DNA from: Acaryochloris marina S15
GTDB lineage: Bacteria > Cyanobacteriota > Cyanobacteriia > Thermosynechococcales > Thermosynechococcaceae
Direction: 5' to 3'
DNA: 32,000 nucleotides
NCBI RefSeq assembly: GCF_018336915.1
Contig: NZ_CP064923.1
Coordinates: forward strand, 5,820,001 to 5,852,000
Of the stretch, positions 8,343 to 17,124 are shown in pieces. Below the pieces are notes generated by a model, which was not told the DNA's origin, did not search any database, and worked only from the letters and a program-made list of their open reading frames with translations. Position 1 is the first letter of the stretch; every line of letters starts with the position of its first letter. Made by a program: the position numbers and the translations under genes.

Positions 8343-10022
8343 ATGCAGATAACGAACCGAATTAACTTCCGAAATTTAAGCGGTGACCTGTTTGGGGGGA
8401 TCACCGCTGCTGTTATTGCCTTACCCATGGCCCTTACCTTTGGTGTTGCGTCTGGCGCAGGTCCTGCGGCGGGCCTCTACGGTGCCATACTGGTGGGCTT
8501 CTTTGCGGCTTTGTTCGGTGGTACACCTACCCTCATCTCTGAACCCACGGGTCCCATGACCGTGATTATGACAGCGGTGATTACGAACCTCACTGCAGCA
8601 ACGGATGATCCCGAAAAAGGCTTAGCCATGGCCTTTACAGTGGTGATGATGGCGGGGATTTTTCAAATTCTGTTTGGTCTTCTGCGCTTAGGGAAATATG
8701 TCACCCTGATGCCCTATACCGTTGTGTCGGGTTTTATGTCAGGGATTGGCATCATTTTGGTGATCCTGCAGTTGGGACCCTTTTTAGGTGAAAAAGCACC
8801 GAAGGGTGGCGTTCTCGGTACTCTCGGAGAGTTACCGAATCTTTTATCTGGGATTAATAGCTCAGCGTTGTTTCTGAGTCTGTTAACTGTTGCCACCATT
8901 GTCTTGATTCCCATCATTGTGCCGACTCAACTCAAGAAGTGGTTCCCCCCTCAATTGGTTGCATTATTAGTGGGTACCTTCGTTGCCATGTGGTTGTTCC
9001 CAGGTGCCATCGTTGATCGGATTGCACCGTTTGAGGCCGGGTTGCCAACCCTACGAATGCCTGTTTTTACCCAAAGTGAATTACAACTGATGGTTGTTGA
9101 TGCAATCATATTGGCTGTTTTGGGTTGTATTGATGCTTTGCTAACCTCTGTTGTTGCCGATAGTTTGACCCGCACGGAGCATAACTCTAATAAGGAACTG
9201 ATTGGTCAAGGAATTGGCAACCTAGTTTCTGGATTATGTGGGGGTATTGCCGGAGCTGGAGCGACGATGGGCACCGTGGTCAATATTCAAGCAGGGGGTC
9301 GCACAGCCCTCTCTGGTTTGACTCGCGCTTTTATCTTGTTGATTGTTGTCCTCTGGGCTGCACCTTTAACCCAAAATATTCCCCTAGCCGTATTGGCGGG
9401 GATTGCCCTCAAGGTCGGAATTGACATTATTGACTGGGATTTCCTAAAGCGGGCCCATCAAGTGTCTTGGAAAGGCACTGCCATTATGTATGGCGTCATT
9501 GCTCTGACGGTCTTTGTTGACCTGATGGTGGCCGTTGGTATTGGGGTGTTTATTGCTAACATCGTCACGATTGATCGCTTAAGTACCCTGCAATCTAAGT
9601 CAGTGAAAGCCATTACCGATGCTGATGATGAAATCCAGCTAACGGCGGAAGAAAAGCAGCTCTTAGATCAAGGACAAGGACGTATGTTGCTCTTTCATTT
9701 AAGTGGTCCCATGATTTTCGGTGTGGCTAAAGCCATCTCTCGTGAACAAAAAGCGCTGAAATACTGTGAGGCTTTGGTTCTAGACTTGAGTGATGTACCT
9801 CATATGGGGGTGACCTCTTCCTTGACCATTGAAAATGCGATTGAAGAAGCCCTCGACAAAGGTTGTTCTGTGTTTGTGGTTGGCGCTGCTGGCCAAACTA
9901 AACGCCGTCTAGGCAAATTAGGGATTTGGGAACGCATCCCCCCTGAGAATTTATTGGCAGATCGAGTTGAAGCGTTGCGCAAAAGCGTAGCGGGTCTTGA
10001 TCACTATGCCACCTCTAGTTGA
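8343..10022 (+). CDS. bicA: SulP-family Na+-dependent bicarbonate transporter BicA-like, with C-terminal STAS domain
   Basis: The N-terminus MQITNRINFRNLSGDLFGG..ALPMALTFGVASGAG..FGGTPTLISEPTGPMTV closely resembles my recollection of Synechococcus PCC 7002 BicA. It has a multi-TM SulP core plus a STAS tail (aa ~440-559). The Na+/H+ antiporter genes downstream match the PCC 7002 arrangement. Confidence 0.7.
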   Translation: MQITNRINFRNLSGDLFGGITAAVIALPMALTFGVASGAGPAAGLYGAILVGFFAALFGGTPTLISEPTGPMTVIMTAVITNLTAATDDPEKGLAMAFTVVMMAGIFQILFGLLRLGKYVTLMPYTVVSGFMSGIGIILVILQLGPFLGEKAPKGGVLGTLGELPNLLSGINSSALFLSLLTVATIVLIPIIVPTQLKKWFPPQLVALLVGTFVAMWLFPGAIVDRIAPFEAGLPTLRMPVFTQSELQLMVVDAIILAVLGCIDALLTSVVADSLTRTEHNSNKELIGQGIGNLVSGLCGGIAGAGATMGTVVNIQAGGRTALSGLTRAFILLIVVLWAAPLTQNIPLAVLAGIALKVGIDIIDWDFLKRAHQVSWKGTAIMYGVIALTVFVDLMVAVGIGVFIANIVTIDRLSTLQSKSVKAITDADDEIQLTAEEKQLLDQGQGRMLLFHLSGPMIFGVAKAISREQKALKYCEALVLDLSDVPHMGVTSSLTIENAIEEALDKGCSVFVVGAAGQTKRRLGKLGIWERIPPENLLADRVEALRKSVAGLDHYATSS

Positions 10023-10104
10023 GGGTAGTTCACCCTTAATATCTGGGTGCTTTATCAAGGATGTCTTTCGAATTTGACAGATTAGTTCTAACTCAATTTT
10101 GGCT

Positions 10105-11505
10105 ATGAATACATTCATCGATACTTTATCAATGTCACCGCTCCTCCAAGGGGGCATCTCTCAGCCCTGGCTAATCGCAACGGCTAATGCAGATGAAGCT
10201 CCCCTGATTCTCTCAGGTGTCCTGCTCACTCTGGTGGTCATTTATCTGGCCAGTAAGCTGGGCGGTGAGCTATCTCAGCTTTTAAATCTACCTCCTGTTT
10301 TAGGAGAACTAGTCGGAGGCGTGGCCATTGGGGCCTCGGCTCTTCACCTGTTGGTCTTTGCTGAAAATGGAACCGTTGCCGCTGATTCGGCCTTGATGCC
10401 CATTCTGCAGTTTATTGGTGGCAATCTCAGTGCTGAATCGATTACCTCAATTTTTGAAAGCCAGAGCGAAATCATTGAGATTTTATCTGAGCTGGGGGTG
10501 ATTATTCTGTTATTTGAGATTGGCTTAGAGTCTGATCTTAGAGAGTTAACAGAAGTAGGGTATCAGGCCGTTTTGGTGGCGATTGTGGGCGTCGTTGCCC
10601 CCTTTACTGCCGGGACAGCCGGATTGATTTTCCTGTTTCATATGCCGACGATTCCAGCGATCTTTGCCGGGGCAGCGTTAACGGCAACCAGCATTGGGAT
10701 TACCTCTAAAGTCTTGTCTGAATTAGGTTATCTCAAGTCTAAAGAAGGCCAAATCATTGTTGGGGCTGCCATTATTGATGATGTGTTAGGCATTATCGTC
10801 CTGGCTGTGGTCGCCAGCTTGGCTAAAACAGGCGAAGTGGATGTTGTTAATGTTCTGTATTTGATTGGTAGTGCCACCCTGTTTCTCGTGGGTTCCATCT
10901 TCTTAGGCCGATTCTTCAATCAAGCCTTTGTGACCATTGCCGATCAGCTGCAGACCCGCGGAAAGCTAGTGATTCCTGCCCTGAGTTTTGCTTTTATCAT
11001 GGCCTTCCTTGCCAATGCGATTCATCTAGAAGCGATTCTGGGTGCCTTTGCCGCTGGCTTGGTGCTAGATGAAACCGATAAGCGCAAAGAGCTAGATCAA
11101 CAGGTGATTCCCATTGCCGATATTTTCGTCCCGATTTTCTTTGTCACCGTGGGGGCAAAAGCAGACTTAAGCGTTTTGAATCCTGCCATTCCTGAGAATC
11201 GAGAAGGTCTCGTGATTGCCGCCTTCTTAATTGTGGTGGCAATGATTGGCAAACTAATCACTGGCTGGACCGTTGTGGGTCAGCCTGGCATTAATCGATT
11301 TGCGATTGGCGTCGGCATGATTCCCCGAGGAGAAGTGGGCTTGGTCTTTGCTGGCATTGGTTCTGCGAGTGGTGTTTTGGATAAGCCCTTGGAAGCTGCG
11401 ATTATTACGATGGTGATTCTGACGACCTTTGTGGCCCCACCGTTGTTACGGGTGGCGTTTAAAAGCGGTGCCATTGCCATTGAGTCTCCGGCAACGAACA
11501 ACTAA
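10105..11505 (+). CDS. CPA2-family monovalent cation:proton (Na+/H+) antiporter, NhaS3-like, no KTN domain
   Basis: About 12 TM helices with Kef/NhaS-type Na_H_Exchanger features (LGGELSQLLNLPPVLGELVGG, IIDDVLGIIVLAV, MIPRGEVGLVFAGIG). ATG 10105 lies just inside TTG 10099. Confidence 0.75.
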   Translation: MNTFIDTLSMSPLLQGGISQPWLIATANADEAPLILSGVLLTLVVIYLASKLGGELSQLLNLPPVLGELVGGVAIGASALHLLVFAENGTVAADSALMPILQFIGGNLSAESITSIFESQSEIIEILSELGVIILLFEIGLESDLRELTEVGYQAVLVAIVGVVAPFTAGTAGLIFLFHMPTIPAIFAGAALTATSIGITSKVLSELGYLKSKEGQIIVGAAIIDDVLGIIVLAVVASLAKTGEVDVVNVLYLIGSATLFLVGSIFLGRFFNQAFVTIADQLQTRGKLVIPALSFAFIMAFLANAIHLEAILGAFAAGLVLDETDKRKELDQQVIPIADIFVPIFFVTVGAKADLSVLNPAIPENREGLVIAAFLIVVAMIGKLITGWTVVGQPGINRFAIGVGMIPRGEVGLVFAGIGSASGVLDKPLEAAIITMVILTTFVAPPLLRVAFKSGAIAIESPATNN

Positions 11506-11607
11506 TTGTGAGGATGGCTGCGATGGTCTCCGACCGGCCTGTGGCCATCGCAACTCTCTCTCATAAATCCTCGGACCCCCTTTTTTACTAATCCTTTTTA
11601 AATCACC

Positions 11608-11943
11608 ATGTTAGAAGCGTTTATATTTGCGACGATTCTCTGTGGCTTTTTTGGCATCATCCTCAAAGAAAATCTGATGATGAAAATTATTGCCATGGAT
11701 GTGATGAGTACAGGCGTGATCGCCTATTACGTCAAGATCTCAGCTCGTCAAGGGTTATTCACCCCGATCATCACAGATACCCATCAGGGAGCCTATGCCG
11801 ATCCCGTTCCCCAAGCCGTGATTTTGACAGCAATTGTGATTGGCTTTTCAGTGCAGGCCTTGATGTTGGTGGGAGTGATGAAGCTCTCTCGCGACAATCC
11901 CACCTTGGAAAGCCGCGAGATTGAAAAGACTTACACACCATGA
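11608..11943 (+). CDS. mrpC: Mrp/Mnh antiporter subunit C (NuoK-like)
   Basis: 111 aa with 3 TM helices and NuoK/MnhC-like sequence. Its stop overlaps the mrpD start (ATGA). Confidence 0.75.
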   Translation: MLEAFIFATILCGFFGIILKENLMMKIIAMDVMSTGVIAYYVKISARQGLFTPIITDTHQGAYADPVPQAVILTAIVIGFSVQALMLVGVMKLSRDNPTLESREIEKTYTP

Positions 11944-13370
11944 ATACCCTTACGATCGTTTGGATTGCCCTGCCGTTTTTTGTTGGGTTTGTAGGATATC
12001 TGATCCCTAAACTGGATCGATACTTAGCATTGGCTATGACCTTGGTGTCTGCCAGTTATGCTGCCCGGGTTTTTATGGAGCCAGCCCCATTAACGCTGCA
12101 GCTGATGGACAGCTTTGGGGTCACCCTCAGGATTGATAGTCTCAGTGGCTACTTTATCTTGACCAATGCCTTGGTGACAGCTGCCGTCATTTGTTATTGC
12201 TGGGGTACGGGAAAATCCGCTTTTTTCTATACCCAAACCATCATTTTGCATGGCAGCGTCAATGCTGTCTTTATCTGTGCTGACTTCATTAGCTTATATG
12301 TGGCCTTAGAGGTCATTGGGATTGCCGCTTTCTTGCTGGTGTCTTACCCGCGCACGAATCGGGCGATTTGGGTGGCTCTGCGCTACTTATTTATCAGCAA
12401 CACGGCCATGCTGTTTTATTTGGTGGGCGCTGTGTTGGTGTATCAGGCCAACCACTCCTTTGCTTATACCGGCTTAGAAGGAGCACCGCCAGAAGCCCTC
12501 GCCTTGATTTTTATGGGTCTGCTGACCAAAGGAGGCGTCTTTGTTTCCGGTTTATGGCTACCCTTAACCCACTCTGAGTCCGAGACTCCGGTGTCGGCCT
12601 TACTCTCAGGCGTTGTCGTCAAAACGGGAGTTTTCCCCCTGGCTCGCATGGCCTTAATGGTGGAGGAAGTCGCTCCCATCATCACCCTATTTGGGGTGGG
12701 TACAGCCTTTTTGGGTATTAGTCTGGCCCTCTTCGAGCAAGATACAAAGCGGCTTTTGGCCCAGAGTACCATTTCACAGCTCGGGTTTATCTTGGCCGCC
12801 CCTGCCGTCGGTGGGTTCTATGCCTTGACCCATGGTCTTGTCAAAGCCACCCTATTTTTAACCGCTGGGACATTGCCTAGCCGAGATTTTCAGGAGCTGC
12901 ATAAGCAGCCTATGCCGCGGTCTTTATGGCTGGTATTGGTGATGGCCAGTTGCTCCATCTCCGGTATTCCTCTATGGTCTGGGTTTGCGTCCAAAGCGTT
13001 AACGCTGAAAAGTGTATTGCCCTGGCAAATGATTGCCCTCAATATCGCCACAGTGGGCACCATTGCTACCTTTGCCAAATTTATCTTTTTACCTCATCAG
13101 AGTGAAGCGAAGCCAGTTCGACCTGGGTTTTGGGTGGCTGTTCTCTTACTTTTAGGGGTCTTGCTAGCGGCCAATGGTATTTATTACCAGGCCTATACCG
13201 TTGCCAATATCGGCAAAGCCTTGGCCAAGGTAGGGTTGGGCTGGTTGGTCTATTGGCTGGTCATCCGTCGCGTGGTGCTGAAATTGCCTCGAGTCCAAGA
13301 GCAACTCGAACATTTAATTGGGGGCATGAGCTTAATGTTGGTTCTATTGTTCTGGATGGTGTTGGCATGA
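11940..13370 (+). CDS. mrpD: Mrp/Mnh antiporter subunit D (NuoN/M-like proton-conducting subunit)
   Basis: 476 aa. WLPLTHSESETPVSALLSGVVVKTGVF matches the Proton_antipo_M signature (WLPxAHxxAPTPVSALLSG). About 14 TM helices. Confidence 0.85.
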   Translation: MNTLTIVWIALPFFVGFVGYLIPKLDRYLALAMTLVSASYAARVFMEPAPLTLQLMDSFGVTLRIDSLSGYFILTNALVTAAVICYCWGTGKSAFFYTQTIILHGSVNAVFICADFISLYVALEVIGIAAFLLVSYPRTNRAIWVALRYLFISNTAMLFYLVGAVLVYQANHSFAYTGLEGAPPEALALIFMGLLTKGGVFVSGLWLPLTHSESETPVSALLSGVVVKTGVFPLARMALMVEEVAPIITLFGVGTAFLGISLALFEQDTKRLLAQSTISQLGFILAAPAVGGFYALTHGLVKATLFLTAGTLPSRDFQELHKQPMPRSLWLVLVMASCSISGIPLWSGFASKALTLKSVLPWQMIALNIATVGTIATFAKFIFLPHQSEAKPVRPGFWVAVLLLLGVLLAANGIYYQAYTVANIGKALAKVGLGWLVYWLVIRRVVLKLPRVQEQLEHLIGGMSLMLVLLFWMVLA

Positions 13371-13753
13371 CTGGATATCTGAACATTCTGCTGCGCTTAG
13401 CCATCTGGTTTTTGCTGACTGCTGATTTTGGTATTGCCAATATTATCATTGGTGTCTGTGTGGCTTTAATCCTGCCGCGCCGTGCCAACCCAGGTGCCTT
13501 AAAAGATTGGCTACACGCGATCGGGGAAATTATCATTGCCATTCCCCAGGCCTTTTTTGAGGCAATTGAAATTATGGTCCGTCCCCACCGCTATGAAGCG
13601 ATCACGATGGAACATGTCAAACCGCAGCGCACCCCTGGCTTGATTTTTCTCGATATTTTTGTGATTACCTTTACCCCCAAAACCATTGTGCTGAAGTACC
13701 ACGAGGAAGGGTTGTACGAAGTCCACCGTATCGAACGGAGGAAAAAGTCATGA
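13367..13753 (+). CDS. mrpE: Mrp/Mnh antiporter subunit E
   Basis: 128 aa from ATG 13367, in an ATGA overlap with mrpD. The N-terminal 2-TM segment plus the position in the operon fit MrpE. The track ORF start at 13130 is an in-frame read-through inside mrpD. Confidence 0.65.
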   Translation: MTGYLNILLRLAIWFLLTADFGIANIIIGVCVALILPRRANPGALKDWLHAIGEIIIAIPQAFFEAIEIMVRPHRYEAITMEHVKPQRTPGLIFLDIFVITFTPKTIVLKYHEEGLYEVHRIERRKKS

Positions 13754-13998
13754 ATATCATCCTAATTTCCATGATTTTGGCCCTGGCGATTCCCATTTAT
13801 GAAGCGTGCCAGGATGAGGATGTGTGGCAGAAAATGCTGGCCTTTGCCAGTATCGCCAGCAAAACATCGATCATGATTTTGGTGATTTCTGTCCTACGGG
13901 ATGACTGGATGATTGGCGTCGTGGGGGTGCTAATCCTCAGTGTTGGCAATGCGGCCTTAATGCTTTTGGCCCAGATTATTAAACGGATCAGTGACTGA
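13750..13998 (+). CDS. mrpF: Mrp/Mnh antiporter subunit F
   Basis: 82 aa with 3 TM helices, and an ATGA overlap with mrpE. Size and position fit MrpF/PhaF. Confidence 0.6.
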   Translation: MNIILISMILALAIPIYEACQDEDVWQKMLAFASIASKTSIMILVISVLRDDWMIGVVGVLILSVGNAALMLLAQIIKRISD

Positions 13999-14279
13999 TG
14001 ATTAACGCGATTAGTTATGTCTTGATGGGCATTGGGATTTTCTTTTGGTTTTGGGGGACTTGGCCCTTAGTTGGTCACCGCTCGGTGCTCTACAAACTTC
14101 ATAGCCTCTCTGTGGCCGATACTTTGGGGTCGATGTTAATTGTTGTTGGTTTGCTTCTGAAAATTCCACGGGAATGGCCCCTGCTGGTTCTGGCCATTCT
14201 CTCCCTAGCGATCTGGAATACCGTGCTGGGATATGTGTTGGCCTATTGTTCTAGTGATACGAAGGAAACGGGGACGTGA
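13998..14279 (+). CDS. mrpG: Mrp/Mnh antiporter subunit G
   Basis: 93 aa with 3 TM helices. The start overlaps the mrpF stop by 1 nt (TGATG). Size and position fit MrpG/PhaG. Confidence 0.6.
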   Translation: MINAISYVLMGIGIFFWFWGTWPLVGHRSVLYKLHSLSVADTLGSMLIVVGLLLKIPREWPLLVLAILSLAIWNTVLGYVLAYCSSDTKETGT

Positions 14280-14827
14280 TGACTGATAGCTATGTGTATA
14301 TCATTACTGCCCTGCTGCCCTTAACCGCAGCGATGGTGGTGTTTCAGGTCAATCCTTACCATGCCCTGATTATTCGCGGAATTTTGGGGGCAGTGGCGGC
14401 CCTTGTCTATGCCGTTTTGGGAGCGGCAGACGTGGCCTTAACTGAAGCACTGGTGGGCACTATGCTGGCGATTACCCTCTATGCAGTAGCGGTCCGATCC
14501 TCCCTGGTGGTGCGCTTGGGTGTGCTCCAGGCAGCAGAACCTCAGGGGTTTCAAGCTTGGGTCGAAGGCTGTCGGGCCATATTTTCTAAGCACTATATGC
14601 GCTTAGAACTGGTTGATTATCCTAATGACCAAGATCTCCATCAAGCTCTGAATGAAAAAGAAGTGCATGCGATTTACCTGCCCCAGAACCATGCCGCAGA
14701 AACAGTGCAGGATCAGGCTCTGATCCGTATCCCCCGACTATATGAAATCATGCAGGCAGAATTAACGTCACCGGAAACAACCCTCACCTATGTGGCGGTG
14801 GCTGATTTAGCGGAGGCAAAGGTATGA
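14276..14827 (+). CDS. DUF4040-domain subunit (MrpA C-terminal / MbhD-like) with extra ~110-aa soluble C-terminal domain
   Basis: The N-terminal ~75 aa (LPLTAAMVVFQVNPYHALIIRGILGAVAALVYAVLGAADVALTEALVG) look like DUF4040. The remainder is hydrophilic. The start is GTG 14276 or ATG 14279, overlapping the mrpG stop. Confidence 0.6.
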   Translation: MMTDSYVYIITALLPLTAAMVVFQVNPYHALIIRGILGAVAALVYAVLGAADVALTEALVGTMLAITLYAVAVRSSLVVRLGVLQAAEPQGFQAWVEGCRAIFSKHYMRLELVDYPNDQDLHQALNEKEVHAIYLPQNHAAETVQDQALIRIPRLYEIMQAELTSPETTLTYVAVADLAEAKV

Positions 14828-15486
14828 AGTGGCTTTATATCATTGCGGGCCTTGCCCTATATGTCAAAATTTTGGTCATGCCCAATCCAGCATTGGATGT
14901 GGCTGATTTGTCCATTGTCCAGGCTGTCGTTGATGATAGCGGTGTTCCCAATGCCTTAGCGGGCATTATTTTCAGAAATCGTCTCTACGACACCATTTTC
15001 GAGGTGGTGGTGTTTACCATCGCAATTATGGGTGTCCGGTTTCTACTCTCGGATGAGCAGCCCTCAAAAAAGGTACATCGATTTACGGACAAACCTTCTA
15101 TTGTCCTAGCCAGACTAGGGGCAACCATTGCCTCGTTGGTGAGCATCGAGTTAGCGATTCGCGGCCATTTAAGTCCGGGCGGTGGGTTTGCGGCAGGTGT
15201 GGCAGGCGGTACAGCCATTGGTTTGATCGCGATCACCTCTTCGTCTAAGTGGATGCAGGGTATCTATCAGCGCTGGCGAGCAGCCATGTGGGAGAAGATC
15301 TCAGTTCTGGTGTTTTTGGTCTTGGCAGCTATAACATTGGCTGGTTTTGAATTACCTCACGGTGAGCTCGGTGCTTTGGTGAGTGGAGGCGTGATTCCTC
15401 TTCTTAATGTGTTGGTGGCAATTAAGGTTGCCCTTGGCTCCTGGGCTGTCATCTTGGTGTTTATCCGGTATCGGGGATTATTGTAG
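14824..15486 (+). CDS. mrpB: Mrp/Mnh antiporter subunit B
   Basis: GHLSPGGGFAAGVAGG matches the MnhB signature (GHxxPGGGFxGG). It has 4-5 TM helices and an ATGA overlap with the preceding gene. Confidence 0.75.
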   Translation: MKWLYIIAGLALYVKILVMPNPALDVADLSIVQAVVDDSGVPNALAGIIFRNRLYDTIFEVVVFTIAIMGVRFLLSDEQPSKKVHRFTDKPSIVLARLGATIASLVSIELAIRGHLSPGGGFAAGVAGGTAIGLIAITSSSKWMQGIYQRWRAAMWEKISVLVFLVLAAITLAGFELPHGELGALVSGGVIPLLNVLVAIKVALGSWAVILVFIRYRGLL

Positions 15487-15657
15487 GCGTCGTGCTGGAT
15501 TGTTTCCAGATGATCAACGGCATGTGTGTATATCGAAAAATCTCCGTAAAGCTGCTCTAGAATTCAGAGATGCTAATGTAGCCCTAGATTAGTGTTGAGA
15601 GGTAGAAAAGCTACAAGTTTTTTCGTGTTAGGAAGCAATTTCCTCCTCAGCCTAATC

Positions 15658-16245
15658 ATGCATCAATCGATGAAAATAGTTGCTGCCACACCTGACGAAA
15701 TCAACACGATGGTCTGCTACCGTGATGGGCAGAAGCAAAGCCTGAAACAAACGTCATTTTTTTCTTTTGCCAACAAACGCTGGTACCGAGACAAAATTGC
15801 TGAAATTGACTGCTACATCAATGCAGCAAAAGTCACGGAACGTATTTTCTCGGTTCCAGGCTTCAAACGCAGAACATCGTGGTGGGATGAGTCCAAAAGC
15901 TGCTACTACACTGAAATAAACGGCCTCATCTGTGAAATCGACGAATATGTGCATGGTGATTGTCTTCGCATTCAGCAAAGTGTCACTCCGCAGGTAACCG
16001 TACGCGAATGCCCAGACGGTGAGGTATGTACTTCGATCATTATTGCCGCAGATATCAACAGAATTGAAGACATATCCGATGCTGTCTCTAGCGAATTACC
16101 AGCGCGCAGCGTATTTCCCGGTACCTACGAATCCATTGTGGCCGACATCAACGCGTGTGTGGAAACCTGGTCGCTGTACGAACGTCCTGAATATGTCAAT
16201 GACGATGTTTATTGGTTTTACTTTCACAGTTTTGGCGTAGTCTAG
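15658..16245 (+). CDS. Hypothetical Cys-rich soluble protein (orphan)
   Basis: 195-aa ORF from ATG 15658; GTG 15592 is possible. It has 10 Cys and no motif I recognise. CG-rich codon choices (ACGCGT, GTACGCG, CAGCGCGCAGCG) are unlike the flanking genes. Confidence 0.45.
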   Translation: MHQSMKIVAATPDEINTMVCYRDGQKQSLKQTSFFSFANKRWYRDKIAEIDCYINAAKVTERIFSVPGFKRRTSWWDESKSCYYTEINGLICEIDEYVHGDCLRIQQSVTPQVTVRECPDGEVCTSIIIAADINRIEDISDAVSSELPARSVFPGTYESIVADINACVETWSLYERPEYVNDDVYWFYFHSFGVV

Positions 16246-16449
16246 GGTGCTCAAGAAGATGCATAACTATGCATTGAATCGGAGCCGTTACAACTGATCG
16301 TTTGGAGTCTCATCAATACGTGGCGACGGCTCGGTCAATGTAACCGTTTGCATTTATCTATCCAATATTTGGCAAGGAATTCTAGGCTAACTCTCTCAAG
16401 CTTGCTAAAACCGTCGGCTAAAATGAGTTAAGACTCATGGGTCACCAGG

Positions 16450-17100
16450 ATGGTTAGAACAGTCGTACCAGTTGAGCATCAAGCCCTTGGAGAAAAACGC
16501 GTCAGTGTTAGCGGCTTGACCTGGGTTGCCTATCAGAAAATTCTATATGCCTTACCCGAAGGGCGATCGACTCGCTTAACCTATGACCACGGCACCCTCG
16601 AAATCACCATGCCTCTGGAAGAACATGAATACGCCAGTGAGTTAATCGGGTTATTTATCCGGATTCTGGTGGGAGTGATGGGGCTGAAGCTGAAATCTCT
16701 GCGGTCAACGACCTTGGAACGTCCTGATTTAGATCGCAGTGCTGAACCCGATAATGCTTATTACATTCAACATCAAGCCCAAGTGGCTGGTCGAAAAGTC
16801 GATTTGTCCCAAGATCCACCTCCCGATCTAGTGGTAGAAGTGGATATCACCCATACGGATATTGCCAAAAATCGGCTGTATGCATCGATGGGAGTGCCTG
16901 AGTTTTGGCGCTATAACGGCCAAGTATGGCGTATTTTTCAACTACAGGGTGAGGCGTATCAAGAATTAGATCGCAGCCCCACCTTCGATTGGGTCAACAA
17001 AGAAGATTTATACCGGTTCCTTGAACAAGCCCAGCAGGATGAGATTGAGGCTGAACAAAATTTTCGAACATTGGTAAACCAAAAACTGCAGCAGCAGTAA
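16450..17100 (+). CDS. Uma2-family (DUF820) putative restriction-endonuclease-like protein
   Basis: TYDHGTLEITMP..EHE...PDLVVEVDITHTD..K..LYASMGVPEFWRY matches the Uma2 PD-(D/E)xK-like core (E...D-x-EV/E-x-S pattern). Confidence 0.85.
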   Translation: MVRTVVPVEHQALGEKRVSVSGLTWVAYQKILYALPEGRSTRLTYDHGTLEITMPLEEHEYASELIGLFIRILVGVMGLKLKSLRSTTLERPDLDRSAEPDNAYYIQHQAQVAGRKVDLSQDPPPDLVVEVDITHTDIAKNRLYASMGVPEFWRYNGQVWRIFQLQGEAYQELDRSPTFDWVNKEDLYRFLEQAQQDEIEAEQNFRTLVNQKLQQQ

Positions 17101-17124
17101 CCCGATTAGGGCAAGCAATTGGTA

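Noticed and set aside
13130-13366. Upstream 79-codon extension of mrpE in the ORF track
   Set aside because: It lies wholly inside mrpD in another frame. The ATGA-coupled ATG at 13367 gives a normal-sized MrpE.
16273-16288. Small palindrome ATGCATA-AC-TATGCAT, plus a 7-bp GAGCCGT/ACGGCTC inverted repeat (~16291-16330), downstream of the Cys-rich ORF
   Set aside because: The first palindrome's loop is too short for a terminator hairpin and no U-tract follows. The arms of the second are too short and too far apart to support an ncRNA or att-site call.
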